Assembly: GCA_965235115.1 (NCBI GenBank)
Contig: OZ249439.1
Coordinates: forward strand, 31,434,001-31,498,000
Reading direction: 5' to 3'
Source: Laetmonice hystrix
Lineage: Eukaryota
Length of the DNA stretch: 64,000 nt
In this document: piece after piece, positions 50,794-62,985 of the stretch
How positions within the stretch are numbered: the first letter of the stretch is position 1
Layout: every line of letters begins with the position of its first letter
Made by a program: the position numbers and the translations under genes
Notes under the pieces: generated by a model
The model's input: the letters and a program-made list of their open reading frames with translations, nothing else
Database searches by the model: none
Told to the model about the DNA's origin: nothing

Positions 50794-51064
50794 TAGTGGC
50801 GGATCCAGGATTTCAGAAGGGTGGGGGGGGGGGGGGGTGGGCAACTCTTGTTGGATAATCAGTGGCCCATTTTTTTAGGGGGGGTCTGGGGCCCCCCCAG
50901 AATTTTTTCTCAGGAACGTCGGAAACATGTTTTCTGAACATGTAGAGTAGAAATATCTCCCAAATTCTTTAACGAAATTTCATTATTTTTAAGCATGAAA
51001 CATAGAAAATAGGCAAGATTTTGGGAAATAGGGGACCGGGTGGCCACCCCTGGATCCGCCACTG
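50794..51064. mobile_element. hAT-like MITE family C, copy 1
   Basis: (T)AGTGGCGGATCCAGG ... CCTGGATCCGCCACTG; internal sequence closely matches 57695-57958; TSD eroded (GCAAT/TCAAT). Confidence 0.9.
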
Positions 51065-51932
51065 TCAATGTGTTAAAGAAATGGGGCAGTTTCGTAGAAT
51101 ATGGCAGCCAGAACCTGCATTGTGAGGCAGGGGCATGTCGGTTTCATTAAGTAAAGCTGACACCGTCTTCCAACTTCGAAGCAGTAACTGCCATCTATTC
51201 GCTGCGCATAGGTTTTCCTTGTGCCTAAAATCTTTTACGTTCAGTTTTTTTTATTAAGTCTCTCTTTTGCGACAACATTGCTAGTTGTTCTCTTTGAGCT
51301 CGAGCACTTAGCATGCAACCTTTGACGGTGTGAGAATTTATCTACTAGCTCTGACCTTTGAAAGTACTTGACTCTAGATTGGAGGAGTTGACTTTTGTCG
51401 AGTTGTGTCTGGTAGTGCCGTCCACAACATAAGCGATCGCACCAATATGTCTATAGGTGATCGACCAAAGTGTGCTGCAGTATTTGCCTTCACATTACAT
51501 CAAGAGCGTGCGTCCACCATTTTGCCCCACAACAGAGCCCCCCCCCCTTCCGCTCCCCTATGCCATGTCACTACCCGGCAACACAGTTCCGCCGTTCGTG
51601 TCAGTAAAACGCTAGGGGTTGAGAGGCATGATTCAATATTGCACCCACACATCTCTTTTTCAGCTGAGTGTTGAGTAAATACACTCCAAGTTTGACTGGT
51701 AGTCTCACTTTATGAGCCTCCGCGGCGCATCGTTAAACGGCGGCTATTTATCGGCCGGAAGGACGGATTGCGACATGTCGTCATGCGCCAGAAAACGTAT
51801 CTGCGACGGGCGGTGGCCAGCTTTGACTGGCGAGCTGAGTTATTATAGTGATTATCATGTGCCGCTCGCCACACAGACAGCAATTAAATGTGACGTATGG
51901 AAGAATAGCCGCGTCTCACAGAACGTCGCCGC

Positions 51933-51960
51933 GTCACGTGACTCTCGCGAGATGACGTCG
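51933..51960. promoter_or_regulatory. Three abutting palindromic motifs: GTCACGTGAC + TCTCGCGAGA + TGACGTC
   Basis: Read directly at 51933-51942, 51943-51952 and 51953-51959, inside a CpG-rich stretch (51700-52000). Confidence 0.5.
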
Positions 51961-54900
51961 TTCGGTGTCGCGTTACAGGTCATGACGTTCTAAAAGGGCG
52001 TTCAAACTTACGGAGCAGTCGCTCCTACACGAATACAAACACAAAACGTTTATTGTCATCGACACTATAAAATGGCCAGAACAGATGTACACCGGACACT
52101 GAGAGATAATCCTGATCATAACACATCGACAGAGGAACTAAGGAGACTGCAGAATGAGGTCCAGTGTACCTTCTCACCGGGCCTCCTCAGTGCTCCGCAA
52201 CTGGGTTATCAACCGCTATGTCCAGACGTGGCTATGTGCCTGAGCACAATTTTTCGAAAAAGATTCTTTCTCCCTTCAACTTTACCATAATCTCCCTGGG
52301 ACTCGGGCGTAGAATTAGATCCCATGACTGAACAAATTTTGAACGTTTTAGTCTCACAACAAATAGACTGAGATATTACCGGCAGGAAGTAATCTACCCT
52401 TACTCCTTCCTCTCCAATTCACTTACCCACTGATCCACAGAATGGCAATAGGTTTTTGCACAGAATACCGTTTTTATGCTGCTTGGCCCAGAGAGACCTT
52501 GGTATTTTGGATGGATGTAATATGTGTGTAATATTCCTGTCCGCCTTTCACCGGTCGTATTTGCACTAACACAGCTGTATGAACAATTCATCGCCCTCCG
52601 AGAGTGTGGAAGAGTTGGAGTCAAGGTGCCAGAACAATTTGGCGATGATGACCCTGCCACCCGGCATTGTGTGCCGGACGAGGGGGCGTAACTTGTCACC
52701 GTGATGTTAACACCGCTCGTCAAACATCAAACGCAAAGGGAAACATCAATACCCCTGTTTGGCAACCGTTCAATATCTCACCTTTTCGCTGCCGATACAT
52801 GCGCCAAACATGCCAACTTAAAAAGTCCGGCAAAATAGGCCGCTGGTTTGATGTAGGCTCACCTCGGAGGCCTTAATACCAGGACGAGAGACGGGCGCGA
52901 GGAGCACCCGTTGGTCCAAGGTGACGATTGGAACACATGCCAAGGTGTAACACCGTGAGAAAGAGGTCGGCTGTCTCTATAGGTAAAACTACCTTAGCGT
53001 CAGGAGAGCTAAGCTGTCAGTACATTTGCAACTATAGTACCGCAGCCGCTCTATACATTAAAAAATCTATTGCCTAAACATCATGACAATATCTGGATGA
53101 AATATAAAGCCATGGCTTCCTGTTACTATGACATAGACCTTTTGTAAACCCAATGTAATGCTATCATCTGGTCGCTCGTTTGTCGGCATATTTCCACGAA
53201 ACTCTAGGCATCCTCTATTGTTATTCAGCATCAACCCGCTCCATCTTTGTGATAAACATGTAGTTTTTACGTTCGTCTATAAGTATAATCCCAACCATAC
53301 TTTATAAGTCTCATATTTAGCGCAGTCCCACCGATTGTAGAGCTATTACCATAAGTATGACATATAACAAAAACTTGTCCTCAAATAGTTCACGTTCAAT
53401 ATGACGGTGAACACTAGGCTTTTCATATATTGAGATAAATTGGGGATTCCACTTTTTAGAATTACCTTTCGATATGACTGGAAATACTGTTGATGTACAC
53501 ATAGGATTACTGACTAACGAACGAACTTGCTAGAAACTATTTTAAGTAGGATATAGTGTTTCAACGGCGAATATTAAAACGCTGTATAGGCCGGCAATAT
53601 CCACGTCATAGTTCTATGGGTTGCCGCGAAGTCTTACAGTATTCTTCCAGCTTATTCGCGCCCACAGATTAAGCTGTCATTATCCTGTTTTCAAAGCGGC
53701 CTTCCCATGGCAGAAAACGCTGCGGGGTTCTCCGATTTGACAATTAGTACGCCAACCAAATGCCACCAGTCTAGCCACTTTGCCATGCGGCCGGCCGCTT
53801 CCAATAAAGCGGTGTAGAGCCCGCGAGAGGCGCTTCATTCCCAAGCCTACCTGTCAGAGTATATACATCACCTGGCTTTTGATTCGGGGACGTCAAATGG
53901 AAAATTGATTAATTAATCATTCGGTGTGAATACGTCACTAAGTATGCCTTGGTGGGCGCACCTGGCGTCGACGGGCGCTGTCCCGACTAGCGCCCTGCAG
54001 CGCCCGGCAATGGGCGGGCGAGCGCCTAGGTGAGAGCTAGGGTAGATTGGGGGGGGGGGGGTAGATGGGAGGGCGGTAGGGTGCGCTTACCCGCTGCAGA
54101 CATCTTGCGCATGCGTTGCAGACAGTCCCATACAATCCTCAAAACCGGGATCCGTGTTTGTCTCCCAGGCACTACATGGCATCAAATAAAACTTTTCAAT
54201 GACGATACTTTTTAACCAACTTCCGAGAGTTTCTTTATCTCCCATTCTTTTGCTTCAGCTGTTTTTGACACAATGCTTAGTATTATAGTTGGCAAACCGG
54301 ATGTCAGTTGATCCTTTCGACGGACAGACCGGTGCATTCAGTAAAATAGTATTCGCAGAGGTTATATAATATTCACAGTGATATGTGGCTTCTCTTGCCC
54401 TTTGGCACCATTCTTTAAAATATGTATAAAAAATTATATAAAAAGGGGGCTGGTTCAGTTTGGATCTGAGAGCCTCGGACAAAATCTTACACAGTCATCA
54501 ATAAACCTCGAAAATTGAACAAAGCTGATAAAAGTTACCAAGTAATGAATGAAGGCCTACATACGGTAAAGAAACGATATACATGTACGTAAATGTCATA
54601 TATTATTGTGTATAGCCAAGATCTCCAAAATGCTCCAAAATACTTGAATTATCAGCCAAGTTTTCAATGGATCAGAAGAGTTTTTTTTAAATTATGTAAA
54701 ATTTCAAAATTAAAGTGTGCACTACGCTTTACTGGCTGCACGGCTGACGTGTCAATCACAGTGCCCTTCTATCGCTCAGGTGGGTTTCAAAACAGTGACT
54801 CGTTCAATCCATCAACTTTGTTAGTCCCTCCCAGCCCCGCACAACTCCACCGTATCGATACATGTTCAAACAGCAGACGGCCAGACGATCGATGGTGATT

Positions 54901-55042
54901 TAAGACGGCTGCCTACGGTACTCGCCCATAGGGCTACCTGACGCTCATACAATGGCTCTACAACGTTTATGGTCAAATCTATCATTGCTCTAACAACGTC
55001 CATTGAATGGTGAGATATTAGTTGATAAATCTGTGTACACCG

Positions 55043-55526
55043 ACAGCTGGGACTCCAATGTGATCTACGTCACTACAGCTGGGACTCCAATGTGATCTAC
55101 GTCACTACAGCTGGGACGCCAATGTGATCTACGTCACTACAGCTGGGACTCCATTGTGACCTACGTCACTACAGCTGGGACGCCAATGTGATCTGCGTCA
55201 CTACTGGGACTCCAATGTGAGCTACGTCACTACAGCTGGGACTCCAATGTGATCTACGTCACTACAGCTGGGACTCCAGTGTGATCTACGTCACTACAGC
55301 TGGAACTCCAATGTGATCTACGTCACTACAGCTCGAACTCCAATGTGATCTACGTCACTACAGCTCGAACTCCAATGTGATCTACGTCACTACAGCTGGG
55401 ACTCCAGTGTGATCTACGTCACTACAGCTGGGACTCCAATGTGATCTACGTCACCACAGCTGGAACTCCAATGTGAGCTACGTCACCACAGCTGGGACTC
55501 CATTGTGATCTACGTCACTACAGCTG
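55043..55526. repeat. Minisatellite, 32-bp unit, ~15 copies
   Basis: Unit ACAGCTGGGACTCCAATGTGATCTACGTCACT. Confidence 0.97.
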
Positions 55527-55954
55527 TTCACGTGGGCCAATCAGAAATATTTCGCATGTCATACACCTTCGGTCGACTGTTAATGGTGGCATGGTTACCT
55601 GGTATTAAAACTAATATATTCAGTGTTTCTAAGCTTTAAGATGAATAGCAAGAAGTAAACGAATAAATAGAATTTGTCGTTTAAGGATTTTGGTGAAAAT
55701 ACTGGAGACAATGCCATTTACTGTACTAAGTTGCATTGGAACTGAAGAGCTTACGCGTACGGATCCCTCATCCAAAATGAGTTATTTAGCCTATAGACTG
55801 TGCGCCCTTCTGTGCATCAGCGTGTTCCCCTACGTGCTGCAGACGACATTTTACATGCAGGAAAAAGGCACCTAACACGTGGCTGATCCGCCACCCATCC
55901 CCCGCCAAATACAGCCTTACGCCTTCCCAAGACAGCCGCCTGGGCAGATGAAAA

Positions 55955-56033
55955 AGTGCTCTTTCTGCTGAGGAAGGGACCTGCAAACAACCAGTGCTGT
56001 TTCTGCTGAGGAAGGGACCTGCAAACAACCAGT
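55955..56033. repeat. 38-bp tandem duplication
   Basis: AGTGCT(C/G)TTTCTGCTGAGGAAGGGACCTGCAAACAACC twice. Confidence 0.95.
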
Positions 56034-57694
56034 TATAGAAGTCCATCGATCGATCCAGACTGCTTCGCACATCCGGGCAATGTCGGACGTAACTACATAT
56101 GCCGTATAATTGACGTCATCGACGTATGTGCACGTCACGCAGTGGGAAGGGCCCTGTCTCTGGTACATCTCACTGTCAGACTTGGTTTCCGTCTCTTGGA
56201 AGTAACAAATAGCACCCCTGTATTGTATCATCTGCAGTATTTGGAGACTGAATGCTATAGAGGACCCTACTTTATGTTATTTTTATGCATCTATTCATTT
56301 CTTGTGTTAAATTTTATGAAGCGATTTGGTATAGTTTGCCCAATGATTATAATCTGCATTCACAAGTCGGGCCGCACAACTGGTTGTAAAATGCTATCTG
56401 AAATTACAAAGAATTTATTAAACCTTCCTAGAAGTATTTCTACATAGCAAAGACATAAACTGTTCTCTCATTCCATTATTACGTGAACAACCAGTATGTA
56501 CATATGTAATTCACCTGAGTAATTTTAAAGTAATAATTGCCACGCCGCCATTTTACGAACCTTTTCCCTTGGATTATTGCCGCGTTCTCCCATTCCCCAT
56601 CAACCAGGCTCACACGATTGAACAAAAATGATTACAATTTGTCCAAAACAATGACGGGACGCCTGCCTGTTTCCAAAATTGCATCCAACGTGAAGTGGCG
56701 AACATTGCATGTCAGCAAGTAACCCTTGTCAGGATCACAATACAGTCCGCTCAACGTGAGCGGTGCGCTTTATTCACATCATCATTGACAAGCCACTCTT
56801 GCTGGCAACAGATTTATAACGCGCCAAACTTTTAACCTGGATCTGACAATAAAGTTGGACGGGTTTTATGAATGCCTCCATTAAACAGCCGGTCCCAAAA
56901 TGACGACGGCTTTTTGCCTGGTACTCTCTTCCCATTCGTGCTTTAATTGAAAACTATGCGTGCCAAATCAAAGCAATACATCCAGTGTTTGTGTTTTGCT
57001 CTCATGAATAAGAAATAGTTACTTTCAGAGGGAAGTGTTGAAACCTACAATGGGCGATGGGGTTTGTATAAAAAGAGCAAATCGCCCCCGGTCATTGGGC
57101 ATACAGAGTCGGCCCGGCCCTGGCTGAGGGAGGAGGGGGGGTGACATGGGGATCATCCTCTTGCACAGGATAAACGAACCATACATACATATGTTGTCTC
57201 ATACCAACAGCTGATGGAATGAAGGCGTCCTGTAAAATCAACAAGGGAAATAAGTTGAAGTACTTACCGTTACCGTAAGCGGAGTGGTGGGGGGAAGGGA
57301 ACCGCCTGGAGGTAAGGCCCGCCGGGGTAGGTTGCCTGGGTGCTCCAGTGGTGGTCCGGTAGATGTATCCCGGCCAATGATGCCCTGCTCCTAGGCCTCT
57401 AGCTCGCCCGGTCTCAGCGTGTGTATATATACACCGACTCCCGCCAAGTGCGCTTTCAAACTGTCGCTGCCGCTACTTAGTACTTAATCAATGATTGGTC
57501 GACGCCTCCGGCAGAAGGGCGTCGGGCGTGATATGGTGGCGGCGGCGGCTGTTGACCCATGGATACTAAGGGAGAGCCGACCCAGGGACTGCTGCCGACC
57601 CAAGGGTAACGTCTGCTGGCCCAGGGATATATCTGTGCTTATCAACCTGAAAACAAAGATTCTGCCTTGAACGTTGGGAAGCGTTATACAGAAC

Positions 57695-57958
57695 CAGTGG
57701 CGGATCCAGGATTTCAGAAAACGGGGGGGGGGGGCAACTTTTGTTGGATAATCAGTGGGCCATTTTCGGGGGGTCTGGGGGCCCTCCCCCATAATTTGTT
57801 TTTCAGGAACGTCAGAAACATGTTTTCTGAACATGTAGAGTAGAAATTTCTCCCAAATTCTTTAACGAAATTCCATTATTTTTAAGCATGAAACATAGAA
57901 AATAGGTAAGATTTTGGAAAATAGGGGGCGGGCCGGGTGCCCCCTGGATCCGCTACTG
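57695..57958. mobile_element. hAT-like MITE family C, copy 2, with 6-bp TSD
   Basis: CAGAAC|CAGTGGCGGATCCAGG ... CCTGGATCCGCTACTG|CAGAAC. Confidence 0.92.
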
Positions 57959-58369
57959 CAGAACATACAGGGTGTGACTCTATAAAAGCGCATGTAGAAC
58001 GACTTGAAATGTAATAGTTCAGTATGCCCCGTTACCGCCCGGCTTCAGTTACAAATCTTCAGCCAGAAACATTGTGTACACATCATGTGGTACATGTAAC
58101 AGTTTAATATAGAAACACAGACGACGAAACTTGGATCGTATAACCATATCGTATAGACCATTAATCAATGCCTATCGTGAAGCTTTCCCTGTCGTACCGC
58201 ATCAAATTTTAACATTAAGAGACACCCATTTGGGCATGCATTCAAACCAATAATGTTAGGACGTTCTTATCAGCACATTTGAATTGGAACTGTGTGATGA
58301 TTTCAATTCCGATGAGTACACTACGTGAGTTGCATATGTGTGTGCCCATCCTGTTGTTCGCCATAGCTA

Positions 58370-58612
58370 CAGTGATCTGGAAGAAATTAGTAAGTCGAGT
58401 TTTTGTTCAATTTGAGTTAGTCTCATTTTTGGACTTACTAGGTTTTGCCCTTTCATATAGTCCTATACAAGTGATCAGAACTCTACGCAATTCATAGTTA
58501 TTGACTTGGAAAAACCTAGCGTTTGCAGCACCTCAATGGGAGGAATGGTTTGTTTCTCCCAGTTTTCTCAAAATGAGGCAAAGTGGACTCGCTAGGTTTT
58601 TCCAGATCACTG
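58370..58612. mobile_element. Tc1/mariner-type MITE family D
   Basis: TA|CAGTGATCTGGAA ... TTCCAGATCACTG|TA; TIR is 22/27 identical over 27 bp. Confidence 0.85.
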
Positions 58613-61283
58613 TAGATACAGCCAGACTGTTATACTGAAAGTCCCTCTACACGCTGCCGAATCCGCTTCCAGTGCTTCTACCACAGGCTTGTCGCTCTCT
58701 TGTCGGGATTAACTACGCTTGGATCAGAAAATGAGCTAATCCGTTTGGAGAGCGCACAGGAAGTGAGGGCCCTTGTTGACTATCAATGGAGATTGGTACA
58801 CGTGTGACGCCGGTTTGAGGAGGCAATATTTGTGCGTTCAAATAGAGTCCCTGATTTGGGCGTTGTTATCACTGACATCCTTCACGTAGCGGGCGGCAAC
58901 TTTGTCTTTCTAATTAAAGAATCGAGAAAAGATATTGCCGGTTTATCTCGTTTAGGTATTGGTTTCAATCTAGCGATAAGAGAATGCGCTCAGTAGGGAG
59001 AACGAGTTGATTTCACTGGCGTGCTGCACTGATAGGCAACAGTCGTGTTTGAGAGCAGCCACAGTCGCTGCGTGTCGAAGCCACAACAAATAGATACAAG
59101 TGGTTGATGAACGTAACAGTGGGATTGAAAATAAACTGGCGAGCTCTCCTCATCCCTACTAACAGATCACAATCGTTGTAATTGCTACATTAACATCGCG
59201 AAAAATTAATTTTCGTGCAGGCAATGATCACCTCATCAACATTATATTTTCAGAACCAAGTTTATTGAAGCTGTCGGCGGCACTGATGTGACCATCGATT
59301 ACTATTCTTCTTGTGGCACGTTATGAACGTGTGTGAATTCACATGTTTAACAGAATTACGAATTCGTTATTTCCATGAGAAGAAGCGAAATTGACTCATT
59401 TCCCTGGAAATGGTTTGTAGAAATGGAGCACATTGTAGCGGCAGTTGGCGTGAAAATCTCAGTCCTTTCCATACTTCATAATAAAGAGACGAAAACACGG
59501 GCAGTACGACAACATCATACGTTTCTATAATGACTTTCTCAAATAAAATTCACTCAATTTGTGGAAAGACACCATTAACAATTACCACACCCGATATAAA
59601 TGTACAATTACGTATACAATATGCTTGTAAGGGCATAGAACATGACAATCCGTAATCAGGATGGAAAGAGGCCAGAATTACCATCTCCTGAAGTCAACCA
59701 ATTGTTCCGTTCTCGATATTTTTGACGGAAGATTCAACAAATGAGAGTTGAAGTTCCTTTATGCTGCTATGGAAGGTTTGGTCAAACGGTCTGTTAAAGT
59801 AAACTTTTCAATGTTACGTGACCTTCAGTTGAAAGACTTAGTCCGGCGGCATGACACATGATACTGGATGGATGTCGGAAAACAGGTTTGAATAATAGTC
59901 TATTGTTCCCCCAGCACGTGCTTCTCCAACGTACGTAAACTTATCTGAGGCACTTTTCTAAGATTTCAGTTTATTTATGGCCGGGACTTTCCAAATAATA
60001 GAACGATAGTAATTGTCCCGAGTCGGTTGCTCCTGTGACTTTCAAAAACGTTCACTTCCTTTAAGAAGCAGGTTTAATATTTCCAAAATAGAAAAAGAAA
60101 TCAAACTGATATTTTCTCTTCGTTCTCTATTGACCTTCTCTCACATATCTCAGGACCAAAACGAAAAAAAAAGGAAGAATAAATATTCTAATTCGATCAT
60201 TCCCCTACAGAAAGACTCTTTAATAATAATTCCACAACTGCAGCGTTCCCGACCCACTCCATATTATCCGACCTCCTGTACTGCCTGTTGTGATAATCAC
60301 AGATTATCTACATGAACGATGATCCCCACTGTTGATCCTTACATGTCAACATCAGCTTGAGCCATTACCAGTCCCCACCACAGTCTAGATGTCTGCTGCA
60401 TCATTTCTAATACAAAACCTAGTGATTGCAGGTGGAAAGCCCAGCCTCCCCTCACGCCCCCTTCCTGTACCGTCAGACCACAACCCAAATGTATCGATCA
60501 CAATTAGCTGCTCGGAGTGTCTTTCCGGAACCCGGCGTCCCGTTCCGCCTTTTAGCCCGTTCTCGCCGACACCATTTTATGTTATTTCCTGCATACCACA
60601 AGTTTTATTGTATATCAAAATGCTACATTGTTGCCGTGCTAAACTACTTTTCTTTTTTCTGTCACTGATTAATTATGATCTGTGGGCGAGCATCCAGTTA
60701 CTCGGAGAAAAAACGTGCAGCTTAAATTTGATTCCAGTTTGGCAGGTGTTATCTCTTTACGAAGCTTTATTAATTAATTGGTTTCACGTTCAGTAATGTA
60801 AGCCTCCTAGATCGGGCCAGTTAATGGCTGTGCCACTCTTGCCACTGAAACGCCCCGTCAGCAATTAGAAAACGAGATAATTCCACGCGAATGCATTGTT
60901 TAGATTGTCCGAGATTTTAAGGTCTCGTGAGAAGTATACTTGATGATACGTCCGAATCTCAATTATAACGATCTCAGCCGGTGTTCTTGTTTTGTTGTTC
61001 GTTATTTTGTTGTTTTGTGGTTTTTGTTGTTGTTTTTGTTTTATTTTCGTCATTCTTGTGAAGGCCATTACGTGCGATGTCATATTCGTCACTCGCTCAA
61101 TCCTACGTAATACAACATGTGTGAATATTATGTTCTGGGAGATCCTGTAGGCCTATTGTTGTTCCGTGTCACTCCTCTCCTGCTGTATTACACATAGACA
61201 ATATGCTACTCTCCAAGTTGCGGTTAACTACTTAAGAAAAACTGTGTTCGCCTAGACACTTAGATCCCAATTGGTATCTGGGT

Positions 61284-61313
61284 CGGACCAGATCCCAATT
61301 GGGATCTGGTCCG
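61284..61313. repeat. Perfect 30-bp palindrome inside a cluster of related half-sites (61262-61349)
   Basis: CGGACCAGATCCCAA|TTGGGATCTGGTCCG is self-complementary with no loop. Confidence 0.95.
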
Positions 61314-61659
61314 GACCAATTGGCAACTGGGCCAGATTGGGATCTGGGCCACGACATATACATACAACGTGTTCGTAATGTTTCGCACACCTATATCGCT
61401 CCGACGTCTGAAAACTCTGCATTTCCTTGAAGGCGTATTTTTCGTGTTTTCCTATTGGTCAATGTTCGAACTACGAGGGCTGGTAGTGTGGGGTGACAAA
61501 CCGGGTAAAGGTAGCGGGTGTGGGATTCTCCTCGGATCCCCCCCCCCCCCCAGTGCTCCCGACTGGGGTACTCCAACGAGGGGCGTGTAACACTAACGTA
61601 ATACAAAACAGTATCGTATGAGCAGATTTACTGCAAGCCTTTTTATTGCGACCTTTACG

Positions 61660-62249
61660 ACGTCCCCGAACACCTACAAAGGACGGCCGGGTTGGTATAG
61701 AAAACCCGAAGTCCCTTGTAGGGCATACTCCCCGAGGGCTCGACATGGGCCTTACTTTCACCCTGTAGATGTCATGACACAGGGCCGACTGCCCCGAGGA
61801 GCAAGCTTCTCAACTCACTACCACGACACTTGGACTAATACAGGGGTCGGTGACGGTGAAGTTGGTGGAAGCGGTGCAGAGTACAGGCGAAGATTATGAT
61901 GCATTGGCTGAATGCTGACAGTGACTGACCGAAGGCCGTTCGGAATAGGCCGCCGGAAGGGAGACATACTTGGACCCGGTCAAAGGGCTCGAGTAACCAA
62001 CTTTACACCGAGTGTCGTCCCCGTCGTCCCCGTCCAGATAGAGGACCTGGGAATACATTGGTGGGGAATGTGTGGTGTGGCTACGGCAACAAGGTATATT
62101 GTCGTGGACGAGTGTTCAGTTAGAATATGGGACAAGTTCATGGTTAATTCCTTAGTGATGATCACCAAATTCGTCCTGGATTCCAAGATTATAAAAAGGG
62201 GGAGGGCCCAAGGGTGGCATGCAAAAAGGGGATCTAACCAGTGTGACGT
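61660..62249 (+). pseudogene. Decayed Ty3/Gypsy gag-like remnant
   Basis: Frame-shifted pieces in order: PNTYKGRPGW, PYFHPVDVMTQGR, PEEQASQL..L..TGEDYDALAEC-L..RPFG, DKFMVN-LSDDHQIR. These follow the gag pattern P..YDG..W..Y..F...W....A..L....DY.AL...L..RFG...D.F...L.D..IR. By-eye only. Confidence 0.35.
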
Positions 62250-62257
62250 ATGACAGG

Positions 62258-62602
62258 CATAGGCGCCAGTTGGGGGGCATGCCCCCCCCCCCAGTAATCT
62301 GTGATCATGAATAAAAAAGCAGGTTTTTCCACATACAGTAGGCCTGTTGAAACCATGACTTGGGTGCGTCAAAAACTGGGTCGATTGTCCTAATGATACA
62401 TACATCTATTCATTCACGCCTTCAAAACATAAAAAAAATCCTGCCTCAAAATGGTGTAGAAAAGCGTTTTAGGGTGTGTAGTTTTCACAATTTTCTCGGG
62501 GAGGGCCTCCGACCCTGCTTTACTAAACATGTTGTAGCCTATGACTTTCGCTTCAGCTCTCTTGTCCCCCCCCCCAATAATAATTTGCTTCCGGCGCCCC
62601 TG
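62258..62602. mobile_element. hAT MITE, 345 bp, 8-bp TSD
   Basis: ATGACAGG|CATAGGCGCC ... GGCGCCCCTG|ATGACAGG: an exact 8-bp duplication, with TIR 8/10 identical. Confidence 0.88.
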
Positions 62603-62985
62603 ATGACAGGATTACAACCTTGGTCTTGATGATGGGGTGGGTGGGGGGGTGGGGGGTGGGGGTTCACGTTAGTTCTCAGAACCTGTGTGACTATTGTGTG
62701 ACTATTGGCTGCATCAATATTTGTGTGGGATTTTAGTGTTATAACCAGTCGTCTCGATGCATTCAGCCTGTCATTATAAAAAGTTAAAAATTAGGATGCT
62801 AACTGAATACTAATTACACACTATCTGAATAAAAAAAAACGATTGACATACAAGCTATCATATAAAAAAATACATATCCTTACCAATTGTAAGTACCTTA
62901 AAAAATGAACGAATTAAAATGTCTTCAGTGACTTTCGGACCGATATTTCCTTTTTGTAAACCCTCCCCCCGCCCGTCCTCTCCAG

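Noticed and set aside
52072-52290. 72-aa ORF with good Kozak context downstream of the motif trio
   Set aside because: No recognisable homology or convincing donor; kept only as context for the promoter finding.
53150-53350. Minus-strand IGGTALN and LHVYHKDGAG..TIED peptide snippets
   Set aside because: Too short and stop-ridden to assign to a nucleotidyltransferase or a retrotransposon C-terminus.
1-55526. CRISPR-like appearance of the palindromic 32-43-bp repeats
   Set aside because: Units are contiguous with no unique spacers, there are no cas genes, and the context is eukaryotic.
1-55526. Several unit lengths (32, 43, 43, 52, 73 bp) near multiples of the 10.5-bp helical repeat
   Set aside because: Other units (68, 69, 76) do not fit, and the sample is too small to exclude chance.
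61759-61770. ACCCTGTAGAT match to the 5' half of miR-10
   Set aside because: The match stops after 11 nt (GTCATG instead of CCGAAT) and there is no complementary arm.
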